DNA of 32,402 nucleotides from an uncultured bacterium (GTDB taxonomy: Bacteria > Bacteroidota > Bacteroidia > Chitinophagales > CAIOSU01), in NCBI GenBank assembly GCA_903861055.1, contig CAIOSU010000476.1:1-32402 (forward strand). The letters are read 5' to 3'. Positions within the stretch are counted from its first letter, which is position 1. Every line of letters begins with the position of its first letter. The notes beneath the pieces are model-generated. The model ran no database searches. It was not told the DNA's origin and saw nothing but the letters and a program-made list of their open reading frames with translations. Below, one piece after another: positions 25,444-32,402 of the stretch. A program made the translations under genes and the position numbers.

Positions 25444-25457
25444 GGGAAAAGGTTGAG

Positions 25458-26795
25458 TTATATTTTCCCCGCTCTAGCGAGCTCCAAGAACTCCCTAACG
25501 GAGCTGTAGGATACTACATTTTTGATGAAATAGATTTTGGCTTTTTCTACTTCGGCTTCGCTGGCATGCATGGTTTTTAGGATGTTGAGCAAATGCATTT
25601 TCATGTGCCCTTTCTGTATACCAACCGTTACTAAAGAGCGAATGGCCGAAAAATTGTTGGCCAAGCCCACCGCAGCTGCAATCTGCATTAACTCATTGGC
25701 ACTGGGGTTGCCCAACATTTCCATGCCGCGCTTTACAAGGGGATGCAGGGTAGTTAAACCACCTACAGTACCTAATGCCAAAGGCACTTCTAGGGTATAT
25801 TTAAAATGGCCCTTCTCTAAATCCTCTAGGCTAATGCTGGTAAGGCTGCTATAACGCCCATTGCGCGATGCATAGGTATGCCCGCAAGCCTCGGTGGCCC
25901 TAAAATCGTTGCCAGAAGCTAGTATCACAGAATCAATGCCATTGAAAATACCTTTATTGTGCGTCGTGGCCCGGTAAGTATCAACTTGTGCTACCCTTAC
26001 ACCACGCGCAAAGCGCCAAGCAAAAGTTTGGGCATCCATGGTGCCATCATCAAAACTGCCAAGTGCTTCCACAGGGCACTCAACCCAAGCACGCACAATG
26101 CAATTGGGTGTGTAATTGCTCAGTATCGACATAATTACCTCAATATCCTTCTCGCTACCTTCAAAGCCATCATAAATGCTGGCCTCACGGCGCAAAGTAG
26201 CCGCAAAACTCTCCAGCACCGAGTTGATGAAGTTGGCACCCATAGAGTCGCAGGTATCAAATAGCCCCTTCAACTGAAAGTAATTAGCCTCATAGGCAGT
26301 CATGTCAATCAACTGTATATCCAGTATACCGCCGCCACGCGCCTCCATGCGGCCGGTAAGGTGGGTTGCATCGGCTTTCAGTATGGGTTTTAAGTGATTG
26401 AAAAAAGCCAACAAGCGGCGCTTTTCGCCACGCCATATAAAATGTACCTGTCCTACCTTCTCCATAGCCAATACTCGGGCATGAAAACCGCCACGGCTGC
26501 GCCAAAACTTAGCACTGTTGCTGGCTGCTGCCACCACAGAGCTTTCCTCAATCACCATTGGCACGGTGTAAATTTTATCGTTTATGAGCGTGTTGGGCAT
26601 TACACCAAACGGCATATAGAAATTGGTAATGGTATTTTCCGAAAACTCATCAAACAGCTTTTGGGTATCGGGTTTATTGTGCCAATAGCTCTCAAACTCG
26701 CTCTTTACCTGGGCGCTATCCTCAAAGTAGTTGTCGGCTACCCAGTCAAGCTTACCCTGTTTGGTCAGTTTCGAAAATCCTTCTATTTCTTTCAT
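25458..26795 (-). CDS. mvaA: Class II hydroxymethylglutaryl-CoA reductase
   Basis: PMVIEESSVVAAAS, DSMGAN, RATTHNKGIFNGID, GNDFRA, GTVGG, GIQKGHMKMH. Confidence 0.95.
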   Translation of the reverse strand: MKEIEGFSKLTKQGKLDWVADNYFEDSAQVKSEFESYWHNKPDTQKLFDEFSENTITNFYMPFGVMPNTLINDKIYTVPMVIEESSVVAAASNSAKFWRSRGGFHARVLAMEKVGQVHFIWRGEKRRLLAFFNHLKPILKADATHLTGRMEARGGGILDIQLIDMTAYEANYFQLKGLFDTCDSMGANFINSVLESFAATLRREASIYDGFEGSEKDIEVIMSILSNYTPNCIVRAWVECPVEALGSFDDGTMDAQTFAWRFARGVRVAQVDTYRATTHNKGIFNGIDSVILASGNDFRATEACGHTYASRNGRYSSLTSISLEDLEKGHFKYTLEVPLALGTVGGLTTLHPLVKRGMEMLGNPSANELMQIAAAVGLANNFSAIRSLVTVGIQKGHMKMHLLNILKTMHASEAEVEKAKIYFIKNVVSYSSVREFLELARAGKI

Positions 26796-26800
26796 TGGAA

Positions 26801-26880
26801 CCGCTGATTAATGTTGATTACCCTGATGGCGCAGATTTTTTACTTTTTTAAATCGTACCTCGTAAATCGTACCTCAAAAT
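26801..26880. repeat. Degenerate 9-10-mer tract plus 7/14-mer tract between fni and mvaA
   Basis: GCTGATT/GTTGATT/CCTGATG/GCAGATT at 26803, 26813, 26822, 26831; AAATCGT-ACCTCGT-AAATCGT-ACCTCAA at 26850-26877. Confidence 0.7.
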
Positions 26881-27923
26881 TATCTAACCTTCAAAAAGGC
26901 TTCGGCTACTTTAAGGCCCTCTACTTGGTATTTTACAAACTCTTGCAAGGCCGCATAGTCTCCTTGTGCGTGTTTCAAAAATGCCGAACCTTGCCCATAA
27001 ACGCTATTGCAGCGCAACTTGTGCATTAGCCAGTACCCATCTAAGTAAGTACCTACTCCTCCCGAAATGATGCACTCGCGCACTTGAGCCTTCTCGCCCA
27101 ATATTGCTATTAGTCCATTAACTAGGTCTACCATCTCTTCTGCAGTATGGCCAACATGGGCCAATTGCCCAAATACTTGTTGCTTTTGCTCGCTATCGCG
27201 CAGTAGCTCCAACCTTGAAAAGTTGGTACCACCGTGCGCCGCAAAATCAATAGCTGCCAATGGTAGTTGCAGCAATGCTTTCAAGCTATCGGGACCCATG
27301 CCTTGCCCCACTTCCTTTACGATTATTTTAACGCCCAACTCTAAGCACTGTTGTATAGTATCAATAGGTGGTTTTATTATAGCATCGCCCTCGGGTTGCA
27401 GCCACTCTTGCAGCGGATTTACGTGTATAAACAGGCCATCGGCACGCAACTTGTGCACCATGGCCTGTATCTTCTCTCCTTGGCCTTTTGCCAGTAATTG
27501 CTCTACCTGCGCTATGCCCAAGTTGGCGTAAAACGGCTGGCTATTGCCAATAATGGGGCGGAGGTTGAAGTCTTCGAAAAACTCATCGCTATCCAACAAC
27601 GCCCTGCACGAACCCAAGCCCATGCCCAAACCAAACTCTGCACAAGCTTGCGCCAAATTTCGGTTTATGGTACCTGCCATGGCTGTGCCGCCCGTCATGC
27701 TGCTTATCCATATTGGGGCGCGCAAGGTTTTACCCAAAAACTGCCTTTCTTTAAGCTGCTTCGGATGGGCGGCCATTAATGGTTCGTAATAAAACCGGTG
27801 GTCTATTTCTTCGCCGGGCACTCGACTCTGCAAGGCCAGTTCAATATGGTCTTGTTTCCGCTGCACGGCGGTTGGATCGTTTATCAACGAAGAAGCCGAT
27901 GTAATATCTTCTGATGGAGTCAT
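26880..27923 (-). CDS. fni: Type 2 (FMN-dependent) isopentenyl-diphosphate isomerase
   Basis: RKQDHI, ISSMTGG, MGLGS, ANLG, HVNPLQE..QPEGD, IVKEVGQG, GGTNF, SGG. Confidence 0.95.
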   Translation of the reverse strand: MTPSEDITSASSLINDPTAVQRKQDHIELALQSRVPGEEIDHRFYYEPLMAAHPKQLKERQFLGKTLRAPIWISSMTGGTAMAGTINRNLAQACAEFGLGMGLGSCRALLDSDEFFEDFNLRPIIGNSQPFYANLGIAQVEQLLAKGQGEKIQAMVHKLRADGLFIHVNPLQEWLQPEGDAIIKPPIDTIQQCLELGVKIIVKEVGQGMGPDSLKALLQLPLAAIDFAAHGGTNFSRLELLRDSEQKQQVFGQLAHVGHTAEEMVDLVNGLIAILGEKAQVRECIISGGVGTYLDGYWLMHKLRCNSVYGQGSAFLKHAQGDYAALQEFVKYQVEGLKVAEAFLKVR

Positions 27924-28044
27924 AGTAAGGTTTGCCTCTGCTACAAGGTAAAAATAGGAGTTTTAACCCTCATTGGCTTGATTAACGGTTTTGAAAAGGA
28001 ATTGTTTTTGAAAAATCGCTAAAACTAGACTTCCGAATCAATGG

Positions 28045-28737
28045 TTACCCCACCTTCCTCAACTTATTCACTTGCTTTAGCCATGCTAGTTTCTCCAAAA
28101 CAATATTGGCCACCTCGTCGGCACGATTGTAAACCATAAAGTGGGTGCCTCCTTTTACCAAAATAAAGTCTTTGTTTTTGAGGTAGCAGCTCGGGAAAAG
28201 ATTGTCCTTATTGCCATGTATGTGCACTAGGTTGGGCACTATCTCGGTATTATCCCAGTTAATGGCCGCATCGGTTGCCCAATCGGTAAAATCGGGGTGG
28301 ATGCCTTTAGCCATTTTTTTAATGAAGGATTTCTCCATTTTGGTGGTTTTACCAAATGCCCAAGGGTACCAAAAATCGAACTCGATGGCTAAGAGGGACG
28401 GTACGTATTTATGTGGCCTTATTTGCTGTGCCAGCTTCATTTGTAGTGGCTTCTCGTATTGTGTTTTGATGCTCGATACAATTATGGTCAATTCGGGCTC
28501 TAACCGTTTGGCCATTTCTTGCGCTATCATACCGCCAAACGACAGACCAAAATACACGGGTCGTGTGCCGGGGTCAATTTGGTATTGTAGCCTTTTGGCG
28601 TAATCGGCTATTGTTTCACCATTTAAGGGCTTTATCCAACGGATGTGTTTTATATTGTATCCCGGTAAGTGTAGGTTTCTGAAAATGGTTTCGTCGGCAC
28701 CCAAGCCCGGAAACATGTAAATTGTAATATCGTTCAT
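28045..28737 (-). CDS. Alpha/beta-fold hydrolase
   Basis: PGLGAD oxyanion region, nucleophile GLSFGG, HIHGNKD (Asp), GGTHFM (His). Confidence 0.92.
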   Translation of the reverse strand: MNDITIYMFPGLGADETIFRNLHLPGYNIKHIRWIKPLNGETIADYAKRLQYQIDPGTRPVYFGLSFGGMIAQEMAKRLEPELTIIVSSIKTQYEKPLQMKLAQQIRPHKYVPSLLAIEFDFWYPWAFGKTTKMEKSFIKKMAKGIHPDFTDWATDAAINWDNTEIVPNLVHIHGNKDNLFPSCYLKNKDFILVKGGTHFMVYNRADEVANIVLEKLAWLKQVNKLRKVG

Positions 28738-28886
28738 ACTTAAAGCGAGTCGTTATCTAATCAAACTATTACTTTGCGATGGGTAAATACCCCAAGTTAT
28801 GGCAAAGTATTTGGTTTGTCACTAAAACCTGATTTCCAGCAGGTATTTACTAAATTAGTTAACTTTAACGGATAAAACCAAACAGC

Positions 28887-29762
28887 ATGGCACCTCAAAC
28901 CAAGGCAACCGATAAGGCAGAAGAGTACGCACACAAGCTACCCTTTGACCCTCCAACGCTTTCTTTCGTAAAGAATCTAACCCGCCCGATGTTTGAGTAC
29001 TTTACGCCTGAGTTTTATGGTATTGAAAGTGTAGACCCCACCAAACCGACCCTGTTTGTAACCAACCACACGGTTTTTGGCTTGTTCGACGGGCCCATGT
29101 TCGGCGCCGAGCTGTATGAAAAAAAGGGAGTGTTTGTGCGATCGTTGGTTGACAACTTCCACTACGAGGTGCCCGTTTGGCGCGATTTGCTCACCTCTAT
29201 TGGCGGCGCCGTGCGCGGCACTCGCAAAAACTGTGCGGAGCTCATGAATCAAAAAGAGCACATACTGGTATACCCCGGCGGTGGCCGCGAAGTGTGCAAG
29301 CAAAAAGGCGAAAAATACAAGCTTACCTGGAAAAACCGCTTGGGCTTTGCGCACATGGCCATTGAACATGGTTACCAAATTATCCCTATTGCGGGCGTTG
29401 GGGGCGATGATGCCTACGATATATTGATTGACAGCAATGAGGTAATGCACAGCAAACTAGGCGATTTGCTTAAAAAAACCGGTATTGCCCAAAAATTCTT
29501 GAAAAACGGCGACCACATTCCACCACTGGTGCGTGGCATTGGCCCAACTTTTATACCTAAACCCGCCAAATTTTATTACGCCTTTGGCAAACCTATCGAT
29601 ACAGCGCAATATGCAGGCAAACAAGAAGATTTGGCCGCACAGCGCGCCGTGCGCAAAGAAGTAGAAGAAAGCATGTATGCCATGTTTAACGACCTTATTG
29701 CCAAGGCCAAAGAAGACTACCCAAAGCTAAACCCCATAAGAAGGTGGCTGAACAGTTTGTAA
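28887..29762 (+). CDS. Lysophospholipid/diacylglycerol acyltransferase family protein
   Basis: LFVTNHTVFGLFD, LVYPGGGREV, GFAHMA..IIPIA, FGKPI. Confidence 0.88.
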   Translation: MAPQTKATDKAEEYAHKLPFDPPTLSFVKNLTRPMFEYFTPEFYGIESVDPTKPTLFVTNHTVFGLFDGPMFGAELYEKKGVFVRSLVDNFHYEVPVWRDLLTSIGGAVRGTRKNCAELMNQKEHILVYPGGGREVCKQKGEKYKLTWKNRLGFAHMAIEHGYQIIPIAGVGGDDAYDILIDSNEVMHSKLGDLLKKTGIAQKFLKNGDHIPPLVRGIGPTFIPKPAKFYYAFGKPIDTAQYAGKQEDLAAQRAVRKEVEESMYAMFNDLIAKAKEDYPKLNPIRRWLNSL

Positions 29763-29811
29763 TATTGCAAGCCTCAAGCGATATTACTGCGATTGTATAA
29801 CTCATTGTTTT

Positions 29812-29853
29812 AAAAAGAGACGCCTTGCAGTTTGCTGCAAGGCGTCTCTTTTT
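29812..29853. terminator. Bidirectional Rho-independent terminator
   Basis: AAAAAGAGACGCCTTGCAG-tttg-CTGCAAGGCGTCTCTTTTT perfect inverted repeat between convergent genes. Confidence 0.93.
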
Positions 29854-29882
29854 ATATTGACCAAATCAATTGATTAAACAAA

Positions 29883-31712
29883 CTAGTTAACCTTAACCAC
29901 TTGCTTGCGGTAGGTTTGCTTGCCGTTATCTAGTACCAGTATGTAACTACCAGCAGGTAGTTTGCTACCGTTTACGTTGGCAAGGTTTATACCTTCGTTG
30001 CTAAAACCCAGCTCTTGCGAAGCCACTTGCTTTCCAGCAAGGTCATAAAAGTAAGCGGTTACGCTACCTGGTTGTTGCAAAAAGTACTGCACCACAAATT
30101 GGTCGTGGAAAGGATTCGGGAAAGCGCCAACTAGAACCAACTCGGTAGGCTGTGGTGTTTTAATGCCAACCGCAATCCCAGGTAGTTTTGGCGCCAGAGG
30201 CACATTAACTGTGCTTGCTACCGATTGCGTGCCCTGTGTAAGGGTATTTGCACCGTCGTTGGTGTACCAAGCTACACCAAAGGTAGTTGTAGTATCTAAG
30301 GCAGTAATGGTATTTACATAATAGAAATCGGACTGGGTGCGGGTAGCGTTGATGTCTAATATTAAGTAGCCCTTTTTGGTCAAGTCCACATATTTCACGT
30401 GTGGCAATAAAGCGCTAATGGCGCCACTACCAACAGGAAAGTTTCCAGAGCTTGAGGTTACGCTTGTAGTTACAAACTCTACACCTACAGCAGTGCCGGA
30501 ACTCAGCAAATTGTTAGCCCATGACGTATGTATATCGCCTGTTATAACCACCATATTTTCAATATCATTGTTAATGACATTGTTGTAAATCCGGTTACGC
30601 TCGGCTTGGTATCCATCCCATTGGTCGGGGTTTAGTATAGTGCCACCTAAAGCAAGTGGGGCCATCATTACTTGGTTGGCAACAATCTTCCATTGCGTAG
30701 TTGTGTCTTGCAGTTGAAGTTCCAACCAATCAGCTTGGTCAGCGCCTAGTAAAGTCCTGTTAGGGTCGCTAATTACAGCAGTGTTAGAGGTTTCCTCCTC
30801 ACGGCCTTCAATACGGGTATCAATTACCACTACATCGGCCAAATTGCCATAGTTTATGTTGCGGTATCCTCTAAACTCATTAGGAGCAGCTTGGTCGCGT
30901 ATCGGCATCCACTCAAAGTAGGCTGTTTTGCTATTGTTCAATCGGTCACTCCAGTTACCTTCGGTGCCCGGTGTATGGTTTTGTGCACCACCGCTCCATG
31001 AGTTGTTCGCGCTTTCATGATCGTCCCAAATAGTAATAAACGGATAGTTTTGGTGCAAACCACGCAACTGTGCATCCAGATGGTAGTGGCTAAAACGACC
31101 ACGGTAGTCGCTCAGAGTAGTTATTTCGTTTGCGGGCTCGTGATTTCTATCTGGCAGGCTAGAGCCAGCACCATATTCGTAAATATAATCACCTAGGTGT
31201 ATTACGGCATCAAAGTCGTTACGGTGCATTAAGTGCTCATAAGCATTGAAATAACCATTTTCATAGTCAGAGCAAGACACCACTGCAAAACGCAAGTTAC
31301 TTACGTTTCCAGTAGGGGCCGTTTTAGTGCGACCTGTAAGCGAAAAACGGCCGTTATACTCAAACCGATAATAATAAAACGTATTGGCTTGTAGGCCGGT
31401 CACGTCAAGCTTCACCGTAAAATCTTTGGCCGCATCCGTAGAAAACTGGCCTTGCTTTAAAGTGTTGTTAAACAGCGTATCAGTAGCGACATGCCAGTTG
31501 CCGGTAATGGTGCCCGTATCGGGTGTAGTTACGCGGGTCCAGATAATTACGGCATCAGCAAGCGGGTCGCCCGATGCAACGCCATGGTAAAATGGTGCCA
31601 AGGTTGTATCCAAGCTCAAGCGCTTTAAACTGGCATATTCTTGGGCGTGCAATACTGATGGCAAACAAGCCATGGCAAACACTAGACTTAGAAGGTAGAA
31701 ATTTCGAAACAT
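29883..31712 (-). CDS. phoD: PhoD-family alkaline phosphatase with T9SS type A C-terminal sorting domain
   Basis: FYHGVASGDP, VVSC, HLGDYIYE, WDDHE..NN, DQWDGY, TGDIH; C-terminal FPNP..YDLAGK..LPAGSYIL..KQVVK; Sec-type signal peptide. Confidence 0.95.
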   Translation of the reverse strand: MFRNFYLLSLVFAMACLPSVLHAQEYASLKRLSLDTTLAPFYHGVASGDPLADAVIIWTRVTTPDTGTITGNWHVATDTLFNNTLKQGQFSTDAAKDFTVKLDVTGLQANTFYYYRFEYNGRFSLTGRTKTAPTGNVSNLRFAVVSCSDYENGYFNAYEHLMHRNDFDAVIHLGDYIYEYGAGSSLPDRNHEPANEITTLSDYRGRFSHYHLDAQLRGLHQNYPFITIWDDHESANNSWSGGAQNHTPGTEGNWSDRLNNSKTAYFEWMPIRDQAAPNEFRGYRNINYGNLADVVVIDTRIEGREEETSNTAVISDPNRTLLGADQADWLELQLQDTTTQWKIVANQVMMAPLALGGTILNPDQWDGYQAERNRIYNNVINNDIENMVVITGDIHTSWANNLLSSGTAVGVEFVTTSVTSSSGNFPVGSGAISALLPHVKYVDLTKKGYLILDINATRTQSDFYYVNTITALDTTTTFGVAWYTNDGANTLTQGTQSVASTVNVPLAPKLPGIAVGIKTPQPTELVLVGAFPNPFHDQFVVQYFLQQPGSVTAYFYDLAGKQVASQELGFSNEGINLANVNGSKLPAGSYILVLDNGKQTYRKQVVKVN

Positions 31713-31775
31713 ATAGAGCAGGTTTTTAGCTGCTTAAAGTTAAAATTTTATCCTTTGTTTTAGGCATTTTGCTGT

Positions 31776-31793
31776 GTTAAATATTGGTTACAT
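31776..31793 (-). promoter_or_regulatory. Possible Pho-box-like 11-bp-period direct repeat upstream of phoD
   Basis: Minus strand ATGTAAC-caat-ATTTAAC; a -7-like TAACTTTA lies at 31742-31735. Confidence 0.3.
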
Positions 31794-31986
31794 GCCAATG
31801 ACCGATACAATAAGTAGGCTACAAAAGCATATTAAATAGCCAATTGTTTTATCTATCAACTTTTATCATAAAAGGTTAATAATGAGCGTTTTAGGTTTAA
31901 CCGATTGCTTTGTTAAAGCCCGTTCAACTAAAAAAGGATAGGAAAAATAGTACACCGTAAAAAGAAATTTTTTTATCTTCAATATC

Positions 31987-32349
31987 ATGAAAGCATCCGA
32001 ATTACTCAGTCAGATAGAAGCCGGCGAAACTCGTTTTGCGGGCCTGCACATTGCCGGTTCGTTGGCTGGGGCCAACTTGGAGGGTATTATTTTTGAGCAA
32101 TGCTCGTTTTTGGCAGATTTTACGGGTGCCAACCTGAAAGGTGCCAAATTTTTGAAAGGTAACATCAAACGCGCCAACTTTACCGATGCCGACCTTACCA
32201 AAGCCTTCTTTGAATATATGACCATTGATGCGGCCATATTTAGAGGCTCTAAAGCCAGTGATGTTTACTTTAGGGAAAACACCTACGCCGGCGAATATGT
32301 AAGTCAAGACCAATTTGACCAGCGTTTGCGCTACGCTGCCGATTATTGA
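31987..32349 (+). CDS. Pentapeptide-repeat protein
   Basis: ANLEG, ADFTG-ANLKG-AKFLK, ANFTD-ADLTK-AFF, AIFRG. Confidence 0.9.
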   Translation: MKASELLSQIEAGETRFAGLHIAGSLAGANLEGIIFEQCSFLADFTGANLKGAKFLKGNIKRANFTDADLTKAFFEYMTIDAAIFRGSKASDVYFRENTYAGEYVSQDQFDQRLRYAADY

Positions 32350-32402
32350 GCATCTTTTTGTTAGAATCCTCTTTTTATCGGGACAAGCGTTGTTTTGTTT
32401 GA

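Overview
A 32.4 kb chromosomal segment from a Bacteroidota bacterium. The assignment rests on TAnnTTTG-type promoters, a T9SS C-terminal sorting domain, a split atp operon without atpD/atpC, and mevalonate-pathway genes. Left to right: an AT-rich operon (5'-truncated cNMP-binding protein with no HTH, an H-NOX heme sensor, an HNOBA-domain histidine kinase); a membrane methyltransferase; comM/YifB ATPase; a structured 165-nt intergenic element; a Crp/Fnr regulator with a palindromic operator before a DUF418-like membrane gene; atpBEFHAG; a DUF5723-like/TSP3/OmpA outer-membrane protein; a DAB-type inorganic carbon pump (dabA-dabB) behind a small leader ORF with its own promoter; several small conserved genes; mscL; lipid and isoprenoid enzymes; a T9SS-tagged PhoD; and a pentapeptide-repeat protein. 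No rRNA, tRNA, CRISPR array, transposase or integrase was seen. Best candidates for undescribed biology are (1) the leader ORF and hairpins in front of the DAB pump, (2) the sGC-like H-NOX/HNOBA kinase module with an HTH-less cNMP domain, (3) the structured element at 4641-4804, and (4) heptamer-periodic tracts at gene junctions. All family assignments come from motif recognition by eye; no database search was run.
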